Assembly (NCBI GenBank): GCA_002269645.1
Contig: NIVC01000416.1
Coordinates: 434,001 to 498,000, forward strand
From: Macrostomum lignano
Lineage: Eukaryota
Reading direction: 5' to 3'
Length of the DNA stretch: 64,000 bases
Positions 12,214 through 45,942 of this stretch are shown here, in pieces. The notes under the pieces were generated by a model that searched no databases, had not been told where the DNA came from, and saw only the letters and a program-made list of their open reading frames with translations. Position 1 is the first letter of the stretch; each line of letters begins with the position of its first letter. A program made the translations under genes and the position numbers.

Positions 12214-15200
12214 ATGTGTGAGCGTTTTGGCGAAATCCTTATTATCATCATTTGCGCTGCAAGCATTCTAAGGTGAGTCTGTTGCGGAAATGTCAAAGTG
12301 GGCCAATTTTTTTGCCAATTTGCCAATTCAACGCAAATTTGCGGTCATTTACAATGATTTAAGAAGACTTACACACACTAAATTACGTCTTTCAGCGCCA
12401 CTGCTGGCGAACACCATTGCTACAACTCTCAAATGAATGAAATCGACATTGCCCAACGCCATCAAAAGGACGAGACCCTGATTGCGGAACTGGAACCAAC
12501 CAGTGCTGCTATAAGAGTCTCGCACCCGACACCCACAAACTGTCAATGGGAGATTTCCTGCTCTGGACTGAGGCCAAATGCGTCAATGCAGATGGCACTC
12601 ATTGCAGGCAGGTTCAACAGCAACATCGCCATGCGCTATCTGCTTGGTGAGCAGCAGTACGACGTTTATAACGGCCTAATGCACGGAATCACCCCGGGGA
12701 ATGGGTGAGTACTAACGCTTGGAGTCTTGGGTTATCATGGTATGAGACCAGCTAGCATCTAATTAGCACTCTGAGACAGTGTGAGACCAGCTAGCATCTA
12801 ATTAGCACTCTGAGACAGTGTGAGACCAGCTTACCCATTGTTGTTTTGCATACTACGAGCCTATTTATAGAACATATTTTATATATTTTATATATTACCA
12901 ATGGTAACCGACCCAATCAACCTGCAGGAGCTGCATCATCAAGGTGTCGGCCTCCGTGAGCTCCCAACATCCTCCGGACCCACCCAGTCTAAGAGTGGTG
13001 CTGCTTCAACCCACGACCTGTGCTAGGGGCTTTCTCTATTATCAAGGCGGCTGCTACACAGCCAGTGGAAGCCGTCAGAGCTTCAAGGACTTCTCGAGCA
13101 GCATCCTGGGCTCTGCTCAGCTGGCCAGCTTCTCCAGCATGGCTGAGATCAGCAGCTTCATCACTGCGAGTAGGTAGAGTAGACATGGAGGATAGTGGAG
13201 TAGACATGGAGGATAGTGGAGTAGACATGGAGGATAGTGGAGTAGACATGAAGGATAGTGGAGTAGACATAGAGGATAGTGGAGTAGACATGGAGGATAG
13301 TGGAGTAGACATGGAGGATAGTGGAGTAGACATGGAGGATAGTGGAGTAGACATGGAGGATAGTGGAGTAGACATGGAGGATAGTGGAGTAGACATGGAG
13401 GATAGTGGAGTAGACATGGAGGATAGTGGAGTAGACATGGAGGATTAAAGCGGAGGGAAGCTGAGTTTGATGTAACAGAAAGTGATGAGAAAAGAAATAA
13501 AATATGAGAGCCATGAATAGAGATTTGACAAAACTTCAAAGTCCTTTGCCGAACTTTTCAGACATGGCCATCGTGCCGGACTATTGGCGACCCCTCAGCT
13601 TCACCCAGCCTGTCCGCATCGGTCTGTTCTACCGGACAGCCGATGCTGTCGTCCTGTCACTGGCCTCAAACTCCACCAGCTGCTGGCTACAGCCGGCGCC
13701 TCAGTTTAAACAATTTCGGTGAGCGTCCTGTATGTACTATCTGCACTTTCCGCCTATCCGCTCTCTCCTGACTGTGTGACCCGCTCTCTGACTGTGTGAC
13801 CCGCTCTCTGACTGTGTGACCCGCTCTCTGACTGTGTGACCCGCTCTCTGACTGTGTGACCCGCTCTCTGACTGTGTGACCCGCTCTCTGACTGTGTGAC
13901 CCGCTCTCTGACTGTGTGACCCGCTCTCTGACTGTGTGACCCGCTCTCTGACTGTGTGACCCGCTCTCTGACTGTGTGACCCGCTCTCTGACTGTGTGAC
14001 CCGCTCTCTGACTGTGTGACCCGCTCTCTGACTGTGTGACCCGCTCTCTGACTGTGTGACCCGCTCTCTGACTGTGTGACCCGCTCTCTGACTGTGTGAC
14101 CCGCTCTCTGACTGTGTGACCCGCTCTCTGACTGTGTGACCCGCTCTCTGACTGTGTGACCCGCTCTCTCTCCTGCCTGTGTGACTCTCTCTCCTGCCTG
14201 TGTGACCCTCTCTTCTTCTGTCTGTGTGACCCTCTCGCTCCTGCCTGTGTGATTCTCTCTCCTGCCTGTGTGACTCTCTCTCTCCTGCCTGTGTGATTCT
14301 CTCTCTCCTGCCTGTGTGATTCTCTCTCTCCTGTCTGTGTGATTCTCTCTCCTGCCTGTGTGACTCTCTCTCTCCTGCCTGTGTGATTCTCTCTCCTGCC
14401 TGTGTGACTCTGTCTCTCCTGCCTGTGTGACTCTGTCTCTCCTGTCTGTGTGACTCTCTCTCTCTCCTGCCTATGTGACTCTCTCTCTCTCCTGTCTGTG
14501 TGACTCTCTCTCTCCTGTCTGTGTGACTCTCTCTCTCTTGTCTGTGTGACTCTCTCTCTTGTCTGTGTGACCCTCTCTCTCTCCTGCCTATGTGACTCTC
14601 TCTCTCCTGTCTGTGTGACTCTCTCTCTCTCTCTTGTCTGTGTGACTCTCTCTCTCTCTTGTCTGTGTGACTCTCTCTCTCTCTTGTCTGTGTGACTCTC
14701 TCTCTCGTGTCTGTGTGACTCTCTCTCTCCTGTCTGTGTGACTCTCTCTCTCTTGTCTGTGTGACTCTCTCTCTCTCTTGTCTGTGTGACTCTCTCTCTC
14801 GTGTCTGTGTGACTCTCTCTCTCCTGTCTGTGTGACTCTCTCTCTCTTGTCTGTGTGACTCTCTCTCTCTCTCCTGTCTGTGTGACTCTCTCTCTTGTCT
14901 GTGTGACCCTCTCTCTCTCCTGCCTATGTGACTCTCTCTCTCTTGTCTGTGTGACTCTCTCTCTCTCTCCTGCCTGTGTGACCCTCTCTTCTTCTGTCTG
15001 TGTGACCCTCTCGCTCCTGCCTGTGTGACTCTCTCTCTCTTGTCTGTGTGACTCTCTCTCTCCTGTCTGTGTGAGCCTCTCTCTCCTGTCTGTGTGACCC
15101 TCTCTCTCCTGTCTGTGTGACTCTCTCTCTCTCCTGCCTATGTGACTCTCTCTCTCTCTCCTGTCTGTGTGACTCTCTCTCTTGTCTGTGTGACCCTCTC

Positions 15201-16808
15201 TCTCTCCTGCCTATGTGACTCTCTCTCTCCTGTCTGTGTGACTCTCTCTCTCTCTTGTCTGTGTGACTCTCTCTCTCTCTTGTCTGTGTGACTCTCTCTC
15301 TCTCTTGTCTGTGTGACTCTCTCTCTCCTGTCTGTGTGACTCTCTCTCTCTTGTCTGTGTGACTCTCTCTCTCTCCTGTCTGTGTGACTCTCTCTCTCTC
15401 CTGCCTATGTGACTCTCTCTCTCTTGTCTGTGTGACTCTCTCTCTCCTGTCTGTGTGAGCCTCTCTCTCCTGTCTGTGTGACCCTCTCTCTCCTGTCTGT
15501 GTGACTCTCTCTCTCTCCTGCCTATGTGACTCTCTCTCTCTCCTGTCTGTGTGACTCTCTCTCTCTTGTCTGTGTGACTCTCTCTCTCTTGTCTGTGTGA
15601 CTCTCTCTCTCCTGTCTGTGTGAGCCTCTCTCTCCTGTCTGTGTGACCCTCTCTCTCCTGTCTGTGTGACTCTCTCTCTCTCCTGTCTGTGTGACTCTCT
15701 CTCTCTCTTGTCTGTGTGACTCTCTCTCTCGTGTCTGTGTGACTCTCTCTCTCCTGTCTGTGTGACTCTCTCTCTCTTGTCTGTGTGACTCTCTCTCTCC
15801 TGTCTGTGTGACTCTCTCTCTCCTGTCTGTGTGACTCTCTCTCTCCTGCCTGTATGACCCGCTCTCTTCTGCCTATGTGACTCGCTCTCTCCTGCCTGTA
15901 TGACCCGCTCTCTCCTGCCTGTATGACCCGCTCTCTCCTGCCTTTGTGACTCGCTCTCTCCTGCCTGTATGACCCGCTCTCTCCTGCCTATGTGACTCGC
16001 TCTCTCCTGCCTGTATGACCCGCTCTCTCCTGCCTGTATGACCCGCTCTCTCCTGCCTGTATGACCCGCTCTCTCCTGCCTGTATGACCCGCTCTCTCCT
16101 GCCTGTATGACCCGCTCTCTCCTGCCTGTATGACCCGCTCTCTCCTGCCTGTATGACCCGCTCTCTCCTGCCTGTATGACCCGCTCTCTCCTGCCTGTAT
16201 GACCCGCTCTCTCCTGCCTGTATGACCCGCTCTCTCCTGCCTGTATGACCCGCTCTCTCCTGCCTGTATGACCCGCTCTCTCCTGCCTGTATGACCCGCC
16301 CTCTCCTGCCTGTGTGACCCGCTCTCTCCTGCCTGTATGACCCGCTCTCTCCTGCCTGACTACATGTAATCCACTGTCTCTGCCTCTGTCCAAATGTGTA
16401 CCAAACATCTCTGGAATCTATATTTTCTATACTCGCCCTTAATACACTGCTTTGTTCATTTTCAGGGTGGCCAATGGATCAGAAGGCTTGCTCTGCGGAT
16501 CTCTAAAGCAGCTGGACTCGAGTTCATCGAACTTCAGCATCGAATTCGTTGCTTGCTCCACTCTGCTTCGGTGTCTGGTCAGCTTCCCAGTGAGTGGCAG
16601 ATCGCACAGTCGCTTAGCTTTGTCTTGCGACTTTCTTCAGCTTAAACGTCAGAATTCAGTAGCTGACACGCAGCCTCCGGACCTGATGGAGTCCAAGCTG
16701 AAAGTGCAGACGCCGTTGTCAAGGACGCTAATTATCGTCTTCACTGTTATGGTTAGCTGCACGGTGTTCTGCGGTGTGATCTACTGGGTGTACACACGTT
16801 TAAAGTGA
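12214..16808 (+). CDS. Gene B: 5-exon paralog of gene A (369 aa predicted)
   Basis: Exons 12214-12272, 12396-12704, 12928-13169, 13562-13718, 16466-16808; same phases 2,2,1,2. Leader MCERFGEILIIIICAASIL; exon 3 clearly homologous to gene A exon 3 (SCIIKVSAS..GGCYTAS..RQSFKDFSSSILGSAQLASFSS); C-terminal TM LIIVFTVMVSCTVFCGVIYWVY with almost no tail. Confidence 0.8.
12744..12830. repeat. 39-bp tandem repeat (gagaccagctagcatctaattagcactctgagacagtgt), ~2 copies, gene B intron 2
   Basis: Same unit as 18195-18367. Confidence 0.9.
13179..13446. repeat. 21-bp minisatellite (gtagacatggaggatagtgga) in gene B intron 3
   Basis: Tandem copies begin ~10 bp after the donor at 13170. Confidence 0.95.
13770..16360. 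repeat. CT-rich minisatellite (20-bp ctgactgtgtgacccgctct grading into variable-length (CT)n-containing units) in gene B intron 4
   Basis: Seen directly; several unit variants in blocks. Confidence 0.95.
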
Positions 16809-17782
16809 TATTGTAACGCATCGAATAGACAGAGCAACTTTAAAGTCGTTCCTGACATTGAACAATCATTGTAGTGAAGAGGATGCACTTTTTTAAACCT
16901 GAGTTATCATCTTATTTTTTCCTACTCTTAGTAGCCTGTTCTGGGTTTTTCTTATTTATTCTAGGGTCTTTTTAAATATTGTTTAGACATAATGCACTTC
17001 TTCTGATAGATGTCTTTGCCAATTAGGTCTAAAGGTCAATCTTTTAAGGCCGATTTTGATATTCGATCAACTATTAAGCTCCTTGGGGTCTGAGAGGTCG
17101 CCCGGTAGACGCTTGGCCCGGTCTACTTACTCTCCTTCCGTTTCATCGCATTAATGTATCGTGCTCATCAGTGTATACAAATCGTTTAATATATATTACC
17201 ATTTAGTACTATTAAATTACAGTTTGCTAATGTATTTAGACAAAGGTTGCAGTGTAAGCATGCTTTTTCGAAAAAAAATTTTTTCTGATATCCCTTCTAG
17301 TCAGAAACCCGATTTCAAGACAGCTGATTTGGGTCGAAAACTAATTGGAAATTTTCGGGAAACCCCAGCTTGCTTTTGTCCTTCATTCGTTACTCTGTAA
17401 AACAATGTATTTGCTTAATGCTCATTGTCTGATTCTCATAATTTGTTTTAAGCAACAAATTGAATGAAGTATTATACGAGCTAGTTTATCTTAAAATAAA
17501 TTATATTCAAAACTAATTTTTTCAATATAATTCTGTTCACATGTGCAGCATATCCTGTAGATGCTGGCTAAAATGCATGTAATTTACTTACAGCTAGCTA
17601 CAGGTAGTCACATGCTGACGAATTTGCGATAAAATCAAAGTTAAAGTCAGCGAATTCCACTGCTGCTTTGAAATTTTGAAATGAGTGCCAAATTGAATTC
17701 TCTCCGTTGGTCGGGCAAGCGTGCAAATAAAAATGCGAACTTCATCTGTAGGACATGAAAATTGAAAGTGATAAAAGAGACG

Positions 17783-23648
<5,866 letters not shown>

Positions 23649-24690
23649 TCAAGTTCAAAAATGCTGCTAGCGAACTATGAATTGTAAAACAATCAAACGA
23701 GTTTCAATCTCAGTGTAGAAGGATGATGTAAAATAGTTTCACAATCCCCCAAGTTAACATTTTACATCTTAGAGTTGTACATACTTTTTTTTCTCACGTT
23801 TAGCTTCAAAATTGTTGACAAAAACGTTTGTAACTTTCTCTCCGATCCGATTCCTTAAGATAGTGTTTTCGTTTTGATTTTAACACTCTTTGCGAATGCA
23901 ATGCAATAAAAAATGCAAAATATGACATGGTGGAACTGTTCAAATTCTGTGGCTCAAGGGGAATTGTTGAAAAACGAGTATCTGCAGGGCTAATTTGGGA
24001 AATTGCTGAGATTCCAAGTGTTAATTGGGAGTAGTTGGTAGGCCAGGTATCTTGCCATCTCACCAAAAGCTCACAGGGGATGCTGTTATCTTAGGCTAGA
24101 TCGCTGGCTTTCAATTGTCGCAATAGCGACTGTGCATGGTCAAAAGCTACATGTAGTTTCTTTAAAAGAAATTTATTGCTTTTTTGTTGCGTTTTTGCTT
24201 GTCTCCATAATGTGAGCGACATCGATTGGAATTACACTAGATTACTTGGCCTCATATGGTGGCGATGTGAGCAAGACCTAATGAGTTTAAAACTGTTAGG
24301 CTTTTGCTATAATATGTACATCAAGTGGAAGTCTTAAACAGGTCATTTCCAGCGTAGAGTATACTGTACACAGAGGGCATGCACGTGAAATTTTTTTAGA
24401 CAATAATGGTCTGATGAGAAAGAGGTTTCCAGCAGAAATGAGAGAGAGCGTTTATTTATCGTGGCTTTTCCGCGGAAATACCTTCTATACAAGTAACTAA
24501 AATCTAAACAGGCAGGCCTTGCTTGTTTTTCATCGTTATCAGATTAATATTGAGATTGAATACTTTTATGCAGTGTTCGAGCTCTGTTACAACTCGGATA
24601 TTCTACTAAACACTAAGTGGCTACCGCGAAAAAGCTTTTGAATATCCTGGCAGGAAGTTGCTAGTACTTATACTCTAATTGAAATCTAGA

Positions 24691-39490
<14,800 letters not shown>

Positions 39491-39533
39491 CGACTTTTTT
39501 CACAATCTCAATCAACTTTTCTAATTACGAGCT

Positions 39534-39808
39534 ATATGCTCAGCAACATTGAAAAGTCACCATCACCGCGGATTCCGCTGTGGTCGCCACAGAGTGCAGG
39601 TAGAGTCTATCAATCTTTGCGAGTGACGCAACTCAGCTACGCCGCGGCAGACTCGAGTTGAGGAATGAAATGGGGTAAGCGGTGTGCGAGGGTTGGACGG
39701 ATTAAAGCTACCCCGATCAGTTTTCTCGCATATTTTATTTCAGAATAGTTTAAGAGAAATCGCTTACTGGCGCATAGAGTGGCGACTTTTCAATGTTGCT
39801 GAGTATAT
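39534..39808 (+). mobile_element. MITE downstream of gene D
   Basis: TIRs ATAT(G/A)CTCAGCAACATTGAAAAGTC ... GACTTTTCAATGTTGCTGAGTATAT. Confidence 0.88.
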
Positions 39809-42800
39809 GTACAGTATGTTGTAACGGGACAATAAAATAGAACGATGCACAATCAACCAAATCATATTTGACAAATCTCCTGTACTATGACTGTTTTGGT
39901 CAGCTTAAATAATTTGCACTACAACGATGAGTAAAATTGTACATTTGCATGTACTGAGGCGACCAATGCTGAATGAACTATACAGTAGTTATAGTAGATG
40001 CATATCTAATATTTGCTTGTACTAAAATGTATTCTATTTTTTGTATGATTACTTTTAGTCTTTATCTGACCGGCACTTGGCTCTTTATTCAAGCACTGAC
40101 CAGTTTTTTTGTTAAATTATATTGCATTAATCTTTTGAGCGAATTAATTACTTACGAGCAAATAGCTGCAAACATTTTAAGCCTTCAGAGCTGCAAAAAA
40201 CAAGGAAAATTAAATTTTATAGTATTTGAGCTAAATATGTTAATATGTTCTTTTTTGGTGATGTAATTTTATGAGCATCATTTTGATATCTTTGATGAGT
40301 TTTTCAATTATTCGGCTAAATTATCAACAAACATTTACGCGATTGCCGATTGCACACTCAGTCTTGCATGCAAATTCTGTCCTAATGTTTTTCACTTGAG
40401 ATAAAAATATACTAAGTTGACGAAATTTAATAAACTGAAAGATTTAATTACTTTAAGAATTTAGAAAAATTGATGGATTCGACCTGAGACAGCTGAGAAC
40501 AGAATTTTTCAGCCAGCGAGATTGCTTACAGACGCCGAAACCCCTACCAAAGACATGGTGATCGGGCAAGAAGCTGTGGAAGCTCCTTGTTTGGCGACTC
40601 TGTCTTCGATATGCCGAGGCAATGCAGCTCCGGCTTCCAGGTGGTGGCGTCCGGCTTCCCGGCTTCTGGCAATCTTGCATAGACAGCATGCAACAGCTAG
40701 GAAAAACTTGTTGTAGCTCGTAGTGAACGCGATCTGCTCCGACACAAGGCAGACTTTCAGTTGGTTATTGTCGGTGAGATTTTGCGTAGTTTGGCATCGG
40801 TGCAGGTGTGGAATTTCGTCTCAATTTCTAAATTTTATAGAGTTGCTAGGGTGCTTTATAATGGAATAAAACGCTAGCCCAAAAATTGAAAGTCCCTATA
40901 GATGGAGTGACGCAACTCACGCCATACCGAAAGAGGTTGTTCTTTCTTTCTTTCTTTTATAATTACTATAAGGTCAATTATAAAATGAGTCTGAACCAAC
41001 CGTAGAATTATTTGAAGTCTTTGACCGCGCAGCTTACTGGCGGTAATGTTGAACGGCTTTTGATGTATACAACGGCCCCAGCTTTCTTATCTTTTATTCT
41101 TTCCAAGGACCACTAGAAGTTACCGTTGTATCAGGGCGAATTCTGCCGTAATTTCTCGTAGAATTCTGCCGTAATTTCTCGTAGAATTCTGCCGTAAGGT
41201 ACATATACAAGTATGAATGTTTTAGCCATATGGCTAGCAGCCGAGCTCCAAACAACGACCTCTGAATCCAAACAATTCAACAGTTTAACTAGCTTTCGGT
41301 GACTTAAATGCAGTAAAACAAGTTATCCCTGGATTCCCCCCCCCCAATTAATTGAGAACGTGCAAAGAATTAACATAGTTAAAATACACAATCACAAACA
41401 TTATTTTTTATAAAAAATATATAAAAAATTAAGGAATTAAAATGAAAGGTCAACGTTACAAAGCAGCATGATAAAGTTTCCAGCCTTTTAAACCAGTGGT
41501 AAACAAATGACAGCGCTTTAATTAAACTCCAGATATAATCTGGGATCCGATTATCCGATCAGATTTGCTTCTCACTAAGCTTAAACTGATTGAAAGTTCG
41601 AGCTAGTCGATCTTATAGCATTTCTGGCATACGAAAAGGCATATGCAAAACACCCATGCAATCAAAGGGGTCCCGATAAAGATTGCTCCCTCTTTATCGC
41701 TCTGTCTGTCCACTCTAGCTATTAGGACATATTCTCTACATTGGGGCTGACTACTGGCCCCGAGACCGCATTCGTTTTTGTACGTTCGTCTGCAGAAAAA
41801 GCATTTAACTACGAGTAATTTCTAGATAAATAACAGATAAAACACCCCTCCACGCAAGACCCTGACAGCTGAAGAATACAAATGAAGATAAAGAGCGACG
41901 GTTAGTGGGCCGTTAAAAGAACCGACCTCAGGGAGATGTACATGGCCCTAACCGGCAACGGATTTTTCCAGAGACATGTTTCGTTGCAAACCGGTTGCCC
42001 TGCCACCTGCCTTTTCTGTGACGTAGGAGAAGAGACCGCGGAGTATCAAGTCACTTTCTGCCCTTTACTTCAATAAGGCGCGGCACAAGCTGCACAATCT
42101 GCCACTCCCAGCGGATGGACGAGCTGACCACCCTGGCAAAAACCCGTTATCTTCACGCCTTCGTCTGAGATACCGGCCGGATTGAGACCTGAGTCAGGGG
42201 AAGTGGATACCAGATGGCCGTCACTCGGTAAATGGTAAATTAGGACGTGATTGGCTCGAGAGCAGGGGTAGCCGGATGGCGTTCCTGCCGCGTGCCAAAG
42301 AGTGACCGGATGGTCGGGTCGCACAAAAGATCCGAGCCGAAAAATGCCGTCTTGTACATGTATAGATTTCCAGCGATCTGTGCATCTTAATTGAGCAATT
42401 TTATGACTTTTTGATTACGCTCGTAAACGAGCATGAACTCAAGCTGGTAAATCGATTTTGAGAGGTTGAGTTTAATTTTAACCTCGTACTTCAAACCCTA
42501 CCCTATAAAACTTGACAGGTTCCGTCATAGATCAAGAAAAAACACAAAAGAAAAGAAAAGTAGTCCTAAAAAGTAAACATCCGGGTCCTAAAATACAAGC
42601 CTAAGAACTAACAATGGAGATAAGGACCCTAAGCATGCCTACTAGCAGTAGTAGAGAAAGAATAAGTCCAGTGAGGTGTTCTAGGATTGAAAAAAGTGCT
42701 TTCCCATCATTTTAAATAATTGTACTAAATCAAAATGACTATGAAGGTATTCCTCTCGCATTTTTCGACGCATATTTAATATATACAATCTCTTGTGGGT

Positions 42801-43672
42801 GGACCATTTTTCAAGAAGTCCTCAACAGAGCAGAAGCAAATCAAACAAACAGCAAAAGAATTCAGTAGGATGGATTTCTCGAGAAGAGACTTCCTTGCTG
42901 CCCAACATCAGCTGGGAGCTCGTTAACAGAGAACCGGCCTAAAGGCTGAAGAAGCCCGGATGGAGGAGACGAGCTGTCGCTGAGCAAGAAAGTAAAGAAA
43001 TGCTGGACATCCCTAGGATCATCAGAGACCCCCTGAAGCGTCGTGGAGCAGCGGGAAGTCCGTTCGCTGTACCGTGAGCGGAACTCGACTTGACTCAAAA
43101 GAGGAAAACAGAGCCAAAGGTGTGGCTATGGTGGCGGCTGCAAGTGCCGGCACCGACTTCACTATTTTCACGGATGACTTGGTCAGCGCGGAAGGCAGAG
43201 GCAGAGCTGCAGCGCGAAGCCGTCGTGATGCACTGCGCTGATACCTGCAAGGATGACATTGGAACGGGAGACATCATCGAGAAGCCAGCAGGAGAGGTGA
43301 CCATAGGTGATTTACAGGACCTCGGGCGTAGGGTTTGGCTTGCGTGAGTGCCAGCGCACTCAATGAGCCAGCCAAGGAGGGCGTGAGATCGCAGCGGGAG
43401 CGACTTGAGGCAGACTGAATGCTAAGCTACGTCTTGAGACTGCCAACTTTAGCCTCGACAGATGCCGCAATGTCTTCGGAGGTGGTAACAGGGGAATAAG
43501 ACCGCGTTCAGCTCCATAGCCGTCAGCTTCCGCCGTTTTAGATCGGGACGTTCTCTGGAGCTCGCGTCCGAACTAAGATATCAATAAGGACGCAGAGCGT
43601 TGCAGATGCTGCGCGGTCACCTTCTGGACCAGGGCCAGACACGCCATCACTGAGTTTTCCGACCTATTAGAC

Positions 43673-44350
43673 CAGGGGTCGGCAACCTTTTCTGGGCAAG
43701 GGCCAAATAGCCAAATTTTCAAGGGCTCAGGGGCCAATAACATAAAAAAGTGAAAACCACATTGCATCCACGGACTATTTAATTGCCATTTAATTAGTTT
43801 AACTGCTTAAGTAGTCCGGTAGTAGTTCAGACTGCATCATTTCAGTCTGAACAAACAATTTTTTTATTGATGATTATCAAAACCTCAATTTCACCCCAAC
43901 CATTGAAGTCCCCCAGCCCAAAACCTGCCCTATTCCTTCAATTCTTAATCAAACTCCAATAAACACCCCCTTCTGGAAACATTCAGCCCATCTTCCCCCA
44001 CAGAAGGCCAACACAAAGATAAGGGGTGAGAAAGGTGAGATAGAGAGGGGAAGAAAAAGAAGGTGAACGCATACATGCGCAACCCCCCCCCCCCTAGATT
44101 TACACCGCCTGTGAGACTTACTTTTGACCAAAAATGCGACTTACCTATGAAAGAAAACCTAAACAAAAACAAACTTGATTTCGGGTATACGGCAGAAGTA
44201 ATGATAACCGTATTATAAAGGCTAAATGCCTCGGCATCTAGTTAGTACTCCATCTGTATTTTCCGGTGGGGGCCCCTCACCAGCCGGCCGGATCGGCCGG
44301 ATGTTGCGCATGTACATGTATCAGGTAGAGTGAAGGTTAGAGGGCCGGAT
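43673..44350 (+). mobile_element. Truncated hAT-like non-autonomous element (duplicated at 56918)
   Basis: Starts CAGGGGTCGGCAACC, a typical hAT terminus; GGGCCGGAT subterminal motif near 44342; no matching right TIR seen. Confidence 0.5.
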
Positions 44351-44714
44351 ACAATGCTAGATCAACTTTGTCATCAACAACAACAAACAACAACAACAGC
44401 AGCATCAACAGCTAGTGTTCTGTTGGCTCGTGGACGAGATGACCAACAATGTACACTTTAATTGTTTTCATAACTTGCATGTGGAAAAGTCTGGCAAATT
44501 TACGATGGAAACGAGAAATTCAAAATTTGTAGAGAATTGTACAGTTTGTAGAGAACGATTGCATACTCGTATATTTTCTAACTAAATCTGAGTTATCCTT
44601 ATTTACCAGAAAAGACCGGACTAATCAAGTATAATCGTAAAGAAGGCTTTCTTTGCCTTTGCTAGTTCAATCAGCAAGCAACTGCCAAGAGCTGTCATTC
44701 CCAAAAGCGCTGAA

Positions 44715-44758
44715 ATGCTCAGCCTCTGGTTACTGTGGACATGCAGCATCCTGCTTGG
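44715..44758 (+). other. Extra copy of signal-peptide exon 1 upstream of gene E (MLSLWLLWTCSILLG, phase-2 donor GTAAGC)
   Basis: Part of a ~210-bp block duplicated at ~45783-46010; same arrangement upstream of F (57960-58003). Confidence 0.75.
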
Positions 44759-44854
44759 GTAAGCAAATAACCTTTTAACAATTGATTACCGCAACAAATA
44801 TGCAACAAACAAAAAAAGACATCAAGCGCATTTGAAGATACAACTGCTGGTATG

Positions 44855-45235
44855 ACTCATTTTTGCGCCGCAGACACTCACTTTTGCGCCGCAGACACTC
44901 ATTTTGGCGCCACAAGCGGGCACTCATTTTGGCGCCACAAGCGGGCACTCATTTTGGCGCCACAGGCATTCATTTTTGCGCCGCAGACACTCATTTTGGC
45001 ACCACAAGCGGGCACTCATTTTGGCGCCAGAGGCACTCATTTTGGCGCCACAAGCGGGCACTCATTTTGGCACCACAAGCGGGCACTCATTTTGGCGCCA
45101 GAGGCACTCATTTTGGCTTCACAGGCACTCATGTTGGTGCCACAGGCAGGCACTCATTTCGGCTCCACAGGCATTTATTTTGGCGCCACAGGCAGGCATT
45201 CATTTTGGCGCCACAGGCACTCATTTTTGCTATAT
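44855..45235. repeat. Degenerate minisatellite (cactcattttggcgccacaagcggg), also at 58095-58430
   Basis: Seen directly; copy number differs between the two duplication units. Confidence 0.9.
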
Positions 45236-45942
45236 TTTGGCACTGTGGGGCAAAATTTTTGATCTTCATAAAGTGTCACAAGGTGGAGTGGCCGGGTCAA
45301 AGCATTGGCATGTCACCCATAGCTTTTACTGGGAAGGCATGTCCCACTGTCAACCCCTCGATGGCGACGCGCCTGCGTTAGACATAGTTATCACTATAGA
45401 ATTAAAGTGTTCAAAGTTACCTGTTATTGGCACTCTCATGCCTCAGTCATGCAATGGAATAGTCGAGCCAATTTCACATGTACAGCCAATAATCCGTTGG
45501 CTGACCATCCATTCCAGAATGCTACATGTATGTTTAGAATTCCTTACTGAAATAGCTGTAATAGGCTGTGAAGGGACTGCTTTTTAATGATGTTTACATG
45601 TAAAACCATAACACTAACTCATTGTACACACAGGCACTTTTGGCATGATTTCGGGCGCGGAGGGGTGGGCAAACGAAAAATTCCATGACAATTTCATGGT
45701 CAAGTATTTATCGAACCTGTAACTAAACTAAACTACAAGCGATTTAATATTCTTGACAGCTCTGTCCAAACGACCGTATACACTTTCTAACTAAATCTGA
45801 ATTATCCTTTATTTTGCGAGAGTTTGTATAGGATTACGAGCTTATAATAAAGCTTATAATAATAAAGAAGGAAGCTTTCTTTACCTTTGCTAATTCAATC
45901 AGCAAGCAACTGCCAAAAGCTGTCATTCCCACAAGCGCTCAA

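Noticed and set aside
5714-16408. Long repetitive ORFs (5714-6614, 7755-8359, 9298-11348, 12989-13539, 14924-16408)
   Set aside because: Translations of stop-free minisatellites, open in several frames and both strands, lying in introns or intergenic DNA.
42862-43767. Short ORFs on both strands (duplicated at 56117-57012)
   Set aside because: GC-rich and coding-like, but frames differ between the two copies and no domain is recognisable; probably a decayed gene or TE fragment.
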